A DNA stretch of 58,746 nt, filler included, from Circinaria calcarea (GCA_051942165.1; 8 parts of 8 records of this genome joined end to end with filler, not necessarily neighbours in it); one strand, 5' to 3'; shown: positions 22,246-35,965, counted from the first letter of the whole stretch. Notes: generated from the sequence alone by a model not told the origin. Translations and numbers: made by a program.

Positions 22246-24662
22246 TCAGTTCATCTCCATGCCTTCGCCGTCATCTCCATCCGTGTCATCCATGTCTTCA
22301 CCATGCTGAGCCCCGGGGAGCGCTGCACGACCTTTAGAAATATGGCGCCCTGACCCTCCAACCCCAAACTTGCCACCCCCTAAGCCACCTACAACCTCTA
22401 GCTCTTCTCCTCCAACGACTCGTCCCTCCACGTCAATAACCTCACACAACTCCATCATACTTTGCCGACTGAGCCTTCGGAAACCTTCTGTTCTGACCAA
22501 TCGACCCCAATGAGTGAGGCAGAAGCTCGCTGCACGCCTCCTTAACCACTCCTCCCCTGCAACACCGGCACGTTCCCATACCGTTGCTGCATGCTCGACG
22601 TCAAGTTCTCGGCTTAGCCGATGAATGCAAAGTAGACGTAAACGGGGCATATCGTACACATTCGCCATCACCAGCAGACCTGCAATGTCGCTGAGGCTAG
22701 GGCAGTACTCGGGATGCTTGGCAATGCTGTCAGTGTAGAGATAGTAGAGAAAAGCGCGGACTACAGTGTATGGCTCTGGAATGTGCATCTTCTTGGTATG
22801 GAATTCTGCCATCTGCGCTGCGTAAACGCGACCGAAATGTGGCCATCGTGCTTGCAAGATGAGCTTATGTACGTGGATAGGTCGAGAGGTTGGAGCATCT
22901 GGAGCTAGAAAGTGTTGGGACTCTGCGGTAGCATCGGAAGGACCTGCCGACATAAGTTCATCATCGACCTGTTCGTCGTTATCGCCGGTGATTATGAAGT
23001 CGCTGCCGCTGCCAGTCTCCGGGGCTTGATCAAACATTATAGCCAGATCCGCACCTAAACCATGCAACCCAGAAACGGCATGCCGATCGGATGCAGGCAT
23101 CTTCCCTCTGTCGGAATTTGGTTCTGGCGTAAGATCGTTGCCAAGTAAGCCGAATTTCCTCAGGTCGATTGGTAAGATGTCGCTCAGGTACTCTTCAAAT
23201 GCCCCGGTACCATTGTCGGGCAAATCGGTGGCACAGCCCAAGAGCCAAACCTTTGTTCCATCTTCGTTGATTGCGCAATAATGCCATCGATAGCCGGGGT
23301 CGAATATCTCCGGTCCCTCTGCTAGTTTCTGCCATTGCAGTGCATCGAGTTCCAGGGCGGACAGATTGCACTCCGATGGACGAATGGTTCCCCCTGGTGT
23401 CACAAAGTCAAGCAGTGCTCCTGATGAGTACACGTGAAAGTGCGTCCCTAATGCCTGCGATGGCACGTTTGGACCCGAGACGAATCGCATGGACGCAATG
23501 GCACCTGGCGCGATTGGTTTCGGAATCATGGACGTCGCTCGTATTTGGACGCTGCTGGAATTAGCAGTGTATCCACTAGTTCCGGTGGTGATTGGCTGTG
23601 GTTGATTGAATTGCGCAAATGGCAACCTTGGGCTTGGGCCTGGCCTGCCGCTTGTTTGAGGAGATTCCAGAGTACCCTGTTCGGGAGCTGTCTTGAATGC
23701 AGGACTACTCTTGAGATCTAACCACCAGAGCTCTCCTGTCCTCTCCATGTCTGGACCTAAACCGCCAAAAACCCAGATCCGCCCTCCCCAAACCCATGCA
23801 GAATGATCAAATCGCCCAACGAAACTCCATGACCGCGACCAAGTCCAGGTCTTTAGGTCCAGGTAACAAATCTCGTCCAATGTGTACGTGTCAGAGCCCG
23901 TCAGACCGCCAATGATGAAGAGCTTCTCGTCATATACTGCAGCCGCATGACGGGCTCTCCCTTTGGGCACAGAGCCACGGATATCTGGCTGAGTCCAATG
24001 TGCGGTCTTTAAATCGAAGATGATTACATCTGACAGGTAATCTCTATGCTCATTTTCTCCGCCGTAGATCAGTAACTTGTCGCCTTGCCATAGAGATGCC
24101 GTGTGGCCTGCACATCAGATTAGCATTTCAAATTGTAAGTATAGCAGGATTTTATCCTACCCATCCGCACCCCTGGAATATCTCCATAGTTATCAACTAG
24201 ACTCCACTGCAGTGATCCCAAATCGAGCTTCAGTACGTGGTTGTAGACTGTTATTTGATGTTAGTCCCTAATTCGAATGCGAAGAAGTTTGATACTAGGC
24301 AGATAGCTAGCCAATAACCAATAGGATGTGATCATACCTTCATCGGTATATTGGTCAAATCCGCCGAACGCATATATCTGATTGTTGCCGCAATACGTTA
24401 CTGACGCATTGACCAAGCATGCCGGCCTCTGTCCGCAAGTCCGGAGGATCTTGGGTTTGTAACTTTCACCACCAAATCGGCGTCCTTTCATGGGGCTTGT
24501 GGGTAATAGGTAAGTATTGTTGGAGGAGGACGAGGACGAAGAGGACGTAGATGATGAAGATACTGGAGCCCTAGTGGGATTTCCGTAGGCGGTGAAGCCA
24601 CCAGTAAAATAATGGCCCGAACCAGAGCCTCCAGTAACCGGCGTATGAGGTGGTTGTGCCAT
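22246..24662 (-). CDS. ral2: Kelch-repeat plus BTB protein, Ral2/Mds3-like, 3 exons
   Basis: Kelch repeats (IYAFGGFDQYTDE, LFIIGG, IWVFGG) and C-terminal BTB (IHVHKLILQARWPHF...AFLYYLYTD); introns near 24110-24160 and 24260-24337. Confidence 0.85.
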
Positions 24663-25439
24663 TAATTCTTTCACATGTTTGATTACGAAAGGATGACTGG
24701 TGAAGCGATTGAACCACGCAACGAGGGTTTAAAGGCTTTCATCCTACTCCGTAATCCCGGCGAATAACAAGCGATGAGATCTGAATCAGATCATCGCTGA
24801 AGCTTCATGAGCTCCAGAAGGATTCCTTTGCTGTTACAGAGTACAAGATTAAAGTTACAGGGATGTTCGCTCGTGCTTCCACCAGATCGCGCTAGCGGAT
24901 GCCCCCTTCTGTTTGTGACTAGTATGAGCTCGGGCCTTTATCAGTTAATATCACTGTGCCAACAACGGGTGTTTAGGAAAAGTTCAAGAAGACGGAGAAG
25001 AGTGCTTGCTCGACTTCTTTCTTACACACTTCCCACCTCTTCATTCCGCCTACCCTCCACCCCTCCTTGCATCCTTTGCATCAATTACCTTACCTTCTGT
25101 ACGAACGTCTTTACAGTCCATTAGATCATATCAACTAGACATACTCAGTATCACAAGTTCATATCGATCGATCCACCGATTGTTAGAGCATCTCTGCGAA
25201 GGGAACTCGATTAACTCAGCTATCTCCGGACAACAACAGCAACTACTAACCAATACCCAGGATTCATTCAGTTGAGACTCTTGGGATCTCAGTCGTCTCC
25301 GGAATACATACCAAGCTACACTCATCAAGCTTGTTGATTAATCGACAACTACTAACCTGAGGACTACCCTGTCTTCTACCACAGACACATTGATCGATAC
25401 ATTAAATTGTCCGTTCGATCATACAGTTGATATCACAAG

Positions 25440-27344
25440 ATGGCAACTGCTTCGATATCGACCCCCCTCAAAAGCCATCATGGCATTTTCTCTACACGCA
25501 CAGCTGGCGGCCGAATGCCCCTTACCCCTTCTCCACTCCAGCGGACAGCTAGCTTAGCCAATGCCTCCAACCACTCCTCACCATTCACACCACCAAGACA
25601 ACCATCAGAGAGTATCCGCGTAGCTTCACAATCAACTTATGGTGGGAACTTATCCTCATACTTTGCTCGCTCCACATCAAAAACCTACCGCGAGTCTCCC
25701 AAATCCAACATAGCAAAGGCGAAGAAATCACCAAGGCACCTCGAGCTTGGTGTATCAGATTGGACGCTCACGGGAACTGGGACAACCGTCGGACAAACAC
25801 CGTCAAAGAATCGCAGCCGCAAAGAGGGACCCATACGTGCAAGATCGGGCAAGACTACCATTCGCCTTGATGCTGGTGACCGCTTTATACCCAACCGTAC
25901 TGCGAGCGAAGGGCTAGCTACTGCTGGTTCAGGGAAACTCGACGCCGACAGCCAAAGACCAAAAGCAGCCAATGGTGAAGGCTCTTCCGTGCTTGCAAAT
26001 GCCGCCAGTGCCTTTGATATTGGCGGACATGACGCAGATGACGATGCAACAGCTGCTCTTGAGGCCCTTAGCTTAAGTGATGACGCCGAGAAGACCACAT
26101 ACACTAAACCTACTCCTTCCTCGCTAGCTTACGAATCATCACTCGCTTCAGCCTGCGGTGTTTCCCTTAATACCAGAATCCTTGCCTTCAAGCCAGCGCC
26201 ACCAGAGTCATCTAAGCCGATTGACCTCAGATCACAATACAACCGACCTCTCAAGCCTGCCAATTCATCATCCGCCCAATTCCGTCGCAAGGTCTTGACA
26301 GCCCCTGAAAGGGTCCTGGATGCTCCGGGCTTAGTCGATGATTACTACCTGAATCTTCTCGATTGGAGTTCCGGCAACCAGGTCGCAATCGGTCTAGAGC
26401 GCAACGTATACGTCTGGTCAGCGGAGACTGGCACAGTAAGCAGTCTCCTCGAAACATCTCCCGACACATATGTTAGCAGTGTAAAATGGAGCGGTGACGG
26501 TGCGTATGTCGGAGTTGGACTGGGTACCGGCGAGGTTCAGATCTGGGACGTCGAAGAGGGCACTAAGCTTCGGAGCATGCATGGACATGAAACTCGTGTT
26601 GGTGTCATGGGCTGGAACAAACATATCCTTTCTACCGGTGCCCGAAGCGGACTTGTCTATAATCACGATGTCCGAGTTGCTGAACACAAGGTCGCTGAGC
26701 TTGTTTCCCACACTGCCGAGGTTTGCGGAATGGAGTGGAGATCAGACGGAGCTCAGCTAGCAACTGGTGGAAATGACAACCTTGTGACTATCTGGGACGC
26801 GCGGTCGTTGAATGCTCCCAAGTTCCAGAAGACCAATCACCGTGCTGCCGTCAAAGCATTGAGCTGGTGCCCATGGCAACTAAATCTACTGGCAACCGGA
26901 GGAGGCTCATACGATCGTCATATTCACTTCTGGAATACCACTACTGGAGCCCGAACCAACAGCATCGACACCGGTTCTCAGGTGACTAGTCTACGATGGA
27001 GCAACCATTACCGCGAGATTGTCAGCTCGAGTGGTTTCCCAGACAACTCCCTAAGCATCTGGAGCTATCCTACACTCGTACGGAACGTCGAGATTCCGGC
27101 ACATGAGACAAGAGTACTACACAGCTGCCTGAGTCCCGATGGCCAGATGCTGGCTACTGCCGGTAAGGGCCCTAAAACCTGTTTATTCAATATAAGCGTA
27201 GCTAATTTTTATCTAGCTGCGGACGAGAGTCTAAAGTTCTGGAAGCTCTTTGAGAGGAAGCCGGGATCTGTATCTGCGACTTCAAGGGTAGGAGGTGTGA
27301 CAGGCAAAGGAGGTGACATGGCTAAGCAAATCACCATACGATGA
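25440..27344 (+). CDS. CDC20: APC/C activator Cdc20/Slp1 (WD40)
   Basis: C-box DRFIPNR, RILAF motif, VLDAPGLVDDYYLNLLDWS, WD40 repeats, C-terminal IR tail; 54-nt intron at 27163-27216. Confidence 0.95.
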   Translation: MATASISTPLKSHHGIFSTRTAGGRMPLTPSPLQRTASLANASNHSSPFTPPRQPSESIRVASQSTYGGNLSSYFARSTSKTYRESPKSNIAKAKKSPRHLELGVSDWTLTGTGTTVGQTPSKNRSRKEGPIRARSGKTTIRLDAGDRFIPNRTASEGLATAGSGKLDADSQRPKAANGEGSSVLANAASAFDIGGHDADDDATAALEALSLSDDAEKTTYTKPTPSSLAYESSLASACGVSLNTRILAFKPAPPESSKPIDLRSQYNRPLKPANSSSAQFRRKVLTAPERVLDAPGLVDDYYLNLLDWSSGNQVAIGLERNVYVWSAETGTVSSLLETSPDTYVSSVKWSGDGAYVGVGLGTGEVQIWDVEEGTKLRSMHGHETRVGVMGWNKHILSTGARSGLVYNHDVRVAEHKVAELVSHTAEVCGMEWRSDGAQLATGGNDNLVTIWDARSLNAPKFQKTNHRAAVKALSWCPWQLNLLATGGGSYDRHIHFWNTTTGARTNSIDTGSQVTSLRWSNHYREIVSSSGFPDNSLSIWSYPTLVRNVEIPAHETRVLHSCLSPDGQMLATAGKGPKTCLFNISVANFYLAADESLKFWKLFERKPGSVSATSRVGGVTGKGGDMAKQITIR

Positions 27345-27962
27345 GCTCCAAAGAATCGGCATGTTGTCTTTGCCATGGTGTTCAGGCTGGCTTAGCATAG
27401 CATGGGGTGTTTAATGTTGAGGTTTTTGGGCACGTGATTTGACGGCGTGTCAGGCGTATTCTTTGCATGTAATTACATGATGCTGTGCGAAACAGGTTGC
27501 CCTGACTGCCTTGTGAAATAGAGACTGTCTTTACATTCAAAAAATCCAAGTTGAAAATTGTTACAAAAGCGTTCAATGCGCAAGTACCTAAGGTGAAAGA
27601 CAGTTAAGCGAGGCATGAAGTCTCAAGCATCTTCCGCTAAAACTGAACTTCACCTTTGTAACATCACCGAGAGGTCCAAGGTGATAATTGCCACAACGCA
27701 TTTCGAGGTCCAGAGCAAGCATGCACGGGGGCCCAGTACCTCTTGACTGCTGAGTTGTCTTGAACAGAGCACTGAGGAATCCTTTGGTGTCGCATGCGAG
27801 AGCCGAGAGCGTGGAGCAAGAAGTGTCGTCGGTCGAAATCACAATCATCAATCTTCCACCTTCACTACCTCCTGTTGTTCGCCATACCTCTCTCAACCAG
27901 ACTCATCTCAAATACCCCTTCGCAAACGAGTCCACATATTCCTCTGATCTTTTAATTACAAG

Positions 27963-29366
27963 ATGTCGAACCCACTGGTCGTAAGTCAGCCTTCACAAGC
28001 TCTTTGCCATCTAGCAACAGCACGAAGGCTGATGAGTATTCGTCGCACAGGGTGGGATATATCATCGCATTATCGAAGATGTGATTGAGAACTGCCATGT
28101 CACGTTCGAGGAAGAAGGTGTTGATCAGGCGACATTGGATGATCTGAGAACGGTTGGTGGCCCATACTGCCTCCTCTTCATATATTCATCTGTTCCCTAT
28201 GCAACTGTTGTCCTCACGAGCAAAGTTTATCGGAGAAGTATCATTTCATCATACGACGGTGAGGGCTGTTGTGGCCGTCGTGGCCGTCGCGATCGTCTCT
28301 CGGGCGCATTATTTTGCATTTTCCCAAAATTCCATGGGCGAAAGCGGGGGGCTTGAGGGGGATTTTGGGGGCAGGCAACCTCTTTGACCCGTCTTTATAT
28401 GCCGACCCTTGCACTCTGCGCAACACTTTTAATTTCTGACCTTGGCGCTTCCGCCTTCCGCCTCACTGGTTACTGCAAGCGAAACCAATCACATTGCCTG
28501 ACTGATGACTGATTGGGCTGGCTATGTTATTCCCACTCCTGTTCATATCACCCAACAGTACACACATTATGACTTTTTAAGCTTGTCTTTGCTATATTTG
28601 TTGTTTACTATAGTTTTTGGACGACGTGCTAATTGTTGTTATAGACATGGCAAAAGAAGCTTTCTTCTCTCCACGTTGCCGCATTCCCGTGGGAACCGGC
28701 CCCCATACCTCAACCTATGATTAACCCAAGTCCGCTTCCCTCGAATATGACCCGTTCGCAACCCATGCCTTCATCGAGTGCTCCCATAGCCCCGAATGCT
28801 CCAATATCAAGCAGTGCGAGTAGTAATGTCCACATCAAGGCCGAGCCTGGCACCAGCCACGATCTCCATAGCCTTCCCCCGACAAACGGCATTTACGGGA
28901 ATCAAGCTGCCCTACAACGTGCTGGACAGCATTTACAGGAGAAATTCGGTGACTCCGCCAGTACACAAGTCAACCAGCTTCAGCAGCGTGCGGCACTAGC
29001 AAGTCAGAGCGGTCCACAACCGAGGTCCCAACCTGGCCAAGCTGGTCCTCCGCTTTCCGAGGAACAGAGAAGGGCACTTCACGAGCAGCAGAGGCGAATG
29101 TTTATGCAGCAACAGGCACAGCAGCAACGTCAGCGGCAGCAATATCAAGGCCTGCAACAACCTCAGCAAAGAGCAGCGGTCAATAATAATCAAACGGATG
29201 GGTCCGCTGACTGGGATGCGATGGTCGCGCAAAGACGTGCCGATGCTCTAAACGGAGAAGCAGGACGCGCCGATGCCGACATGACTATCCGTCAGCAAGT
29301 TGAGCAGATGAGCCATGACATGGAAGGTGGAGGCCTTATGATGACTCTATCTGAGCGAGCCAAGCA
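27963..29366 (+). CDS. TOA1: Transcription factor IIA alpha/beta subunit (3'-truncated by contig end)
   Basis: Exons MSNPLV / GGIYHRIIEDVIENCHVTFEEEGVDQATLDDLRT / TWQKKLSSLHVAAFPW..., Q-rich middle and QTDG motif. Confidence 0.85.
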
Positions 29367-29466
29367 NNNNNNNNNNNNNNNNNNNNNNNNNNNNNNNNNN
29401 NNNNNNNNNNTTAATTAATTAANNNNNNNNNNNNNNNNNNNNNNNNNNNNNNNNNNNNNNNNNNNN
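29367..29466. other. Artificial contig linker
   Basis: N run - TTAATTAATTAA - N run. Confidence 0.98.
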
Positions 29467-29479
29467 CCTACAAGCAATC

Positions 29480-30886
29480 ATGGCAGAGGCTGAGCCTTCC
29501 TACATCGACTATGAAACTTTCCTCGACCCAAACTTCTCCCCTACATCATTCGCTAATAGCCTAGTGACAACAACAAACGATGCCTCAGACACCCAATTGG
29601 ACCTTTCTACACCGCTATCTAAAGTGCTGTTCGATGTTCAAGAAATTGATACCCATATTCATACTTTGGCCAGCAAGTCCGCAATCCCACTCCTAAATTA
29701 TACAAAAGAGCAATCAGATGCCAGCCAGAGAATCGTGGAGGAGGTGGAAGCGCAAGTTGCAAGTTTGACAGATGGATATCGACGCCTGGAAGAGGAGGTT
29801 ATACAGCGATTTGACGCCGCCGAAGAAGTAAGAATTGCCGTCGAGAGGCTATGGCATACTGTGAAAATCGGGCGAGCGGTGGGAAGATGTCTACTGTTGG
29901 GCCGACAGCTAGAGGCGCAAACAGCAGAAATAGGCCTCAATGCCGACACCATCAACAAGCAAGGGAACCATAAAGCTATGGTCCGCGCTTCAAATACCAT
30001 CCTCACTCTTCGCCAGCTTCTCGCGGCCGCTGGTCCCGGAGAAGAAGGCGAACACCTTTCCCGCATCCAGATCGTCACCGCTCTCCAATCTTCCCTCCTC
30101 GCACCCTTGGAACAGAAACTCCGTACAAAAGCCCAGCAGATTATCCACGAATTCTCTATGTCCTCCCTCGGCTCCCCCGCCGACAGAAGTATTGCACCTT
30201 CGAATCTCCCCTCGGCACCGATCACCTACGCCCAAAGCGAAGAAACCAAAGCTCGCACCACCTCCGCCTGTTTGACGCTCTACCTGCTCTCCCCTGTCTC
30301 GGCGGCCAAAAACCCGCCGGATTTCCAACCTGTCCTGCTCCTGGCCGCGCTGCAATCCTACCTTCAAACATCCCTCACCTCCTCTCTCGCGTCGACAGCC
30401 CGCGCCCTCGGCACACTTCCTACCCTCCACCGTACGCTGCTAGAAGTATCCGCTCGATGTCAGAATATCGTCGCGTTGGAAACACTCCTTGAAAGCATCC
30501 GGCCACCCCCGCACCCTCTCCTATCCACCACTTCCTCCCCGCGACAGGTTCTCAAATCTGCCGATTCTCAATCTTCCCAGCCTTCTTCCGCCGCACCGGT
30601 AAACCTTCTGCAGTCCCTTCTCCTCGCCCTTGACACCTCCTCCCTCCCTTCGTTCTTTTGGCGTAGTCTCGCCTCCGGCCTTTCCGTCCGTGTACAAGAA
30701 CTCCTCAATAAAGGGGGGGGCAGTGCAAGGACGCTGAAGAGTCAGCGAGAGACAGTCAGAGAGCGGATCCGGGAATGCGTAGTCAGAGGATGTGCTGGGG
30801 CCAAGGTGAAGGGCGAAGTGCAGGGGGGTTGGGAGAGGGAAGTGGGAGTGATGGTTGGGAGTGTGGTTGGAGTTTTGGGGAGGTGA
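29480..30886 (+). CDS. COG5: Conserved oligomeric Golgi complex subunit 5
   Basis: SYIDYETFLDPNFSPTSFANSLV...DLSTPLSKVLFDVQEIDTHI...LPSFFWRSLAS, the fungal Cog5 pattern. Confidence 0.88.
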   Translation: MAEAEPSYIDYETFLDPNFSPTSFANSLVTTTNDASDTQLDLSTPLSKVLFDVQEIDTHIHTLASKSAIPLLNYTKEQSDASQRIVEEVEAQVASLTDGYRRLEEEVIQRFDAAEEVRIAVERLWHTVKIGRAVGRCLLLGRQLEAQTAEIGLNADTINKQGNHKAMVRASNTILTLRQLLAAAGPGEEGEHLSRIQIVTALQSSLLAPLEQKLRTKAQQIIHEFSMSSLGSPADRSIAPSNLPSAPITYAQSEETKARTTSACLTLYLLSPVSAAKNPPDFQPVLLLAALQSYLQTSLTSSLASTARALGTLPTLHRTLLEVSARCQNIVALETLLESIRPPPHPLLSTTSSPRQVLKSADSQSSQPSSAAPVNLLQSLLLALDTSSLPSFFWRSLASGLSVRVQELLNKGGGSARTLKSQRETVRERIRECVVRGCAGAKVKGEVQGGWEREVGVMVGSVVGVLGR

Positions 30887-33726
30887 GGTGAGGCACGGTA
30901 GAGAAGCGATCCAGTGAGAGGAGAGGTGCTCTTTTACAACAGAATGAACATGTTTGTTTTGACTTTTGTATACCCCATTTTCTGACTCTAACTGAGTCTT
31001 GATTTCTCCTCAAAAGCAAAACAATATCCAAGGCTTCCGGCTGGCCCTCTTGTTCTACTCCCTCGAACACTGATGTCTCCAACCTCAATTGCCGCATCCA
31101 GGGAAGAACTTTCCACTTGCCCACCAGATCCAACTGCATACCAACCACCCAACGTATAACCATACTGGCCGTCCTTGATGTACCATTATGAATGATAGAC
31201 AAGAAACAAGATCCAACAAGAACTAACGCAGAAGACAGGAGGAAACCCTTTGTTGTCCATCTGATGCAAATTTAAACTGATGGAGGCTGCTCGACCGCTT
31301 AGTTTCCTGTTGGGGCACAGAATTTGTCCTTGGAAGCTTCACAGAACAGCAGGCAGAGGTTTATCTGACCGATTCACGATCCTCTGTAATGTCACCGTAT
31401 GACTCTGGCTGAGCTTTCAAAGCGGTTGCTCGTGAAATACACAATCTCATAGGAGTGGTTGGCTCCCTACCGTAAAAGGGATGTGGTGTGATAATCGTTC
31501 CGGACTGGAATTTCGACCAATCAGGCTAGCTCACTGAATAGGAAATCCTAAAGATGGTAGCCAATCACAAAACGCCTATGGAAAAAGATCATGGGCGTCA
31601 TTCGGGGTTTTAGAGTTTCAATGTCCTCGTCAGCAACCAACTTCGACTAAACCGGCAGCTGGTCAGATTAGTGACAATGACGAGCTGGCAGGCACGAGTA
31701 TGATTGCAGCCATGTGTCATGTACCCAATTCCAACGGCTCCAATTCGTAGAAATCGTGGTTCAAATTACGTGCTAGGGTGGAAGACATTGGGAAGCGGTC
31801 AATCAAATGCAGGTACGACGAGGGAAATGAAAAGGCAAACTTGGCATGGCCCCCCCCCCGGCGGCCCTTGTCTAGCTTTCCGCGTGATCTGGTGGCTTGA
31901 TGAGTGATTTTATTAGTGAGCCGCAGATCGAGTCTGTAGGTATGCTATTGACTCCCATTCGTCCGCTCCCATCTTTCCAGAGCGAGAGAAGCGCGATGGG
32001 TTCAAGTGGTGTGATAGGTGATGGCTTATCGAGTACCATGTTTTACTTATCGATTGTGGTGGGCTGAGCAAGCGGGGTAAAATGGTTATCAGTTGACTTG
32101 GGGGCTACAAGGGAGGCTAGTACCCCCCATTGGACAGAGGATAAATGGCACGACGGCGGCAATGACTCCAGAGAGGGATAGAGATACCAAGGAAACAAGT
32201 AACAATGAGGGAGTCATTCATCTATCGTGAAAAGTCGGGATGGATAGGAGTCCAAAAATGGACCTGAAATCGTACCTGGCAGTAGTAGTACCTTGCATTG
32301 CAGCTTCTGCTGTTGGGGCCGCCCTTTCGCGCATCGTATCATCTTAATCAGCGCTTCCAACCCGGTCAGACTTCCGGCTGGTATTGATATTTTTCGCCTG
32401 ATCCTATCCTCCCCCCCCCTAAGGTCAGGAAACATCTTTGGCACGGACACATTTCGATACATCCTTCGGGGATAAAAGAGTTTCGAACGTTACTAAGAAT
32501 GAGGACGGAGAGAGGACCCCTTGCAGATCCAACCGTCTCGGAATTAGGACTGCCTATTAGACCCGTCGGCCGCAGTTCCATATGCTCGCTTAACGCCTTG
32601 TCGGCCTTTGGGTGTCACCGTTTGCCGGAGAATGAGGGGATGTCATGGTGTGTCGCAGTATGAAGTAGAAGCCCTCCTATAGTTTCCGGAGGGACTCGTC
32701 TCTTGGAAACCCCCGCATGTCAATTATGCTTGCGCCCACGCCCGACTCAGGTATCCTATCAGCCGCGGGGAGTGCCCAGGGAAGCATGTGATCGATCGGT
32801 TCGGGTTAAAGGCCAGTAGGATGTGGTTATCCATGAACAGCTGCCCAGGAATACGGGTACCAGTCAGCATCATGTCGAGTAGAGGGCCCAACTGCAACGG
32901 CAGGTTCGTCAGGTCCCTCTTGCTGTGCGGGGTCCGAAAGAGCCGCGGATACGTGCGTCTCCCTGCTCCCAGGCAGAGGCAGAGCAGCAGCGAGGCCGAC
33001 CAGCCCAAACCAATTCCATCCCACTACCGTTGACAGTGTTTTGCTGACTAGACGCCCAAAATGGAAACCGGAGCGGTGCCCCCTGTCTGAATCACTAGCT
33101 TCCCACACTTCCAGGTCGACCGTACTCCGTACCGTATGCACCTCATTAGTCCGAAGTCAACCAGGTCAGCCCAGCCCAGCCTTCATCTTGTCGCCCTCCG
33201 CCGTCCTCCAGATACTTCGTCATTCTCCTTCGTCAGGCCCCGATGATCTTCGCTCTTCTTCTGATTTGCGACCCTCCCGTTTCCCTCCAGCCGTGGTATG
33301 CTCCTGACTCCCTTCACTCCGACCTGGCCGCGAAACCTTATCGCTGATACTCCGTCCCCAGAATCCTCAATCAGCAGCCTCCTGCGACCGATCTGCCGCC
33401 AGCCTTTAGCGTTCTGCCATGTGCTACAGACCTCGTTGCCTCGACGAGACAGCGTATGCTTGCAGCACCACCGGCTCATGCGCCCATACTCGTCTGATCC
33501 AAACAGGCATCTAGTACGGCAGGGCCTGGATGAGCGCCGACACGAAAGGCGGATAATCCCAACACCGACATCGATCGCCGGGGCCACGCATTCAAGGCTC
33601 TGAACAAATATAATCCCCGGTAATTGACAAACTGAAGCTGAGGAGGTCGTGGCTTCATATTGTCGACCAGCAGTCGAGCGCCCACCCAATGCAATACATG
33701 CATCGGTGAGCCGAATCAGCACTGCA

Positions 33727-35965
33727 ATGACCACCTTTCAGTCGATCAACATAGGCCTAGCTTCGAGAGGTCATATAAGCGAAGTGACCACGCCGACAAC
33801 TCCCCGTGCGCTGCCGATAAAGTCACCCCAGCCACAGCAGACCCACCGGATGGAAGATTCTGCGCCGGCAACACCGACAAGACTCAGCTTTGGGGGAACA
33901 CTCGACCAAGGACCCTTAGTCCCACCAACTCAAAACCATCCATGTCTGCCCTCCCAGGAGGTTTCAAGCCAATCATGCCATGCTACCCTCACACGAGAGA
34001 ATTCGCATCGCTCTGTGCAGTCGAGTGGATCTCTGGACGTCGATATGGATGATTCGGACGAGGATGAGGACGGTTCCGACGGCGAAAGTATCGATGGCGA
34101 GACCGGCAGACCATCAAAAAAGAAAAAGGGGCAAAAGTTCTTTTGCACCGAGTTTCCTCCTTGTAAACTGAGCTTTACAAGGAGTGAACATCTCGCGAGA
34201 CACATCAGGTATGCTTTAGATAGCTACCATAAATTTTCCGTCATCTGGGCTAATCACGAGTAAAGGAAACATACCGGAGAACGGCCATTCCAGTGCCACT
34301 GCACCCGCAGGTTTTCCCGGCTGGATAATCTTCGCCAGCATGCGCAGACTGTTCATGTCAATGAGGAGATACCAGGAGACTCCTTGGCTGCTACTGGCAC
34401 TCGATTTCAACGGCAGATCAGAACAGACCGGGTGCGACCACCTGGACCACGGTCCAGAGGGTCGACTGCAAGCAGCCAGGGGAGTCACGGGAGAGGGCAC
34501 AGCAGGAACCTATCGTCCTCGAGTATCGGTTCTAACGCGTCGACCATCAGCCGGGATGATGGTCGTCGTCGTCCGCCACCCCTAATGATGGCTCAGGACA
34601 CTTCTCCTCGCTCCAGGCTGACTATAGACACGATGAGAAATCAGCTTTCAACCCCGTCCGGCTCTTTGGTATACGCGAGTCAATCCCCTGGGGGACCAAA
34701 TACCCCGACATCGACAACGTATTCGACTGGACCTGGTAGCCCGTTCGGGTCAGCACTTGGTTCGCCAATGTCTGCAACCCGGCACTTGTGGGGCTCCCAG
34801 ACTCCAGGTCGTCGACTCTCGGTTCCATCTGGCGCAAACCCTTTTCAGTCTCCCCATGGAAGCGTGTATCCTCCGCCATACCTTAGCCCCCTGATATCCT
34901 CCAACGCATCGATTAATTCCAGTAATAACAGCCTTTTCGCTAGTCCAACTAGCTCCACTTATTCCCTCTCCAGGCAGGAATCACAAGCAGCCGCAGAAGC
35001 CGAATGGAGACGACGGACCTGGCATCCGAGTACATATTCAAATTACCCGCGTCCTGCGACGAGTGGATTGAGTTATTATCAGACGCCTGACGCTCCTTAT
35101 CCCGCTTTTGCAACCCAAGCTGTCACGGCCGTGAATCACCAACAACGATTACCTGGCATAGAAACATTCGACCAGATGACCAATCGTCCCAATACTCCGC
35201 CGAGGCCGGGGCCCAATCCGACAGAGGCAGCTTCACCAAGCAGACCCTCATATTCATCCGGCCACTCAGACCAGCCAATACCCGGACCTAATGATCGGCG
35301 AGGTCATGCTTCGTGGGATATGTCACTACACCAGAACCTGACCAAACTGGATATTGCCAATGGTACCCCACCCAAAGATGCTGGTTTCTGGAGTAGGGAA
35401 ACTATCAACGAGATAACTACCGCGGCATCCTGTTTAGGTTCTGTGCCTTCATCACGACCGCCATCGATCCCCTTTACCACTCTGACTCGCCAAGAGTCTC
35501 AGAAGCGCCCGTCCGAGTCGCGTCACTACGCGCAGCCCACCACTCCACGCAAAGCGAAAAGAAACGGTTGGTATAACGGACCGCTGCCCGCTAGCCAACA
35601 GAGATTGCTGCACCAGCGTACTTCTCCTGAAGATTCAAGTAGCAGTGATGGTGTTCCAACGCCTTCATCGACTGCTGTTGAATACCATCCTTCAATTGTC
35701 CATAGTAATGGATACATCGAACCGAACAATCCCGGAGGGCCTCATACATCTTTTCATGTTAGTTCGGTACGATTTCCACTACTTCGACTTGTGGACTGAC
35801 TTTGTGATTTAGGGCCTCACGACCGGTGCTAATAATACGCCTACATACGCTACCGAGCCTAGTCGGACCATGAACATATCCAAGGACACCGACATGACTG
35901 GTCTTGAGGCCCTTGTCGCCGCGGCCACAAGTGAAGGAAAGGTATCCGCCGCGACACACAGTTAG
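33727..35965 (+). CDS. nsdC: C2H2 zinc-finger transcription factor, NsdC/Usv1-like
   Basis: [54 protein letters not shown] (intron in the linker); RRRTWHP; terminal [10 protein letters not shown]. Start codon uncertain. Confidence 0.85.

Noticed and set aside
30887..33726. Many short ORFs upstream of the nsdC-like gene
   Set aside because: No motifs or consistent exon structure; more likely a long promoter/5' UTR.
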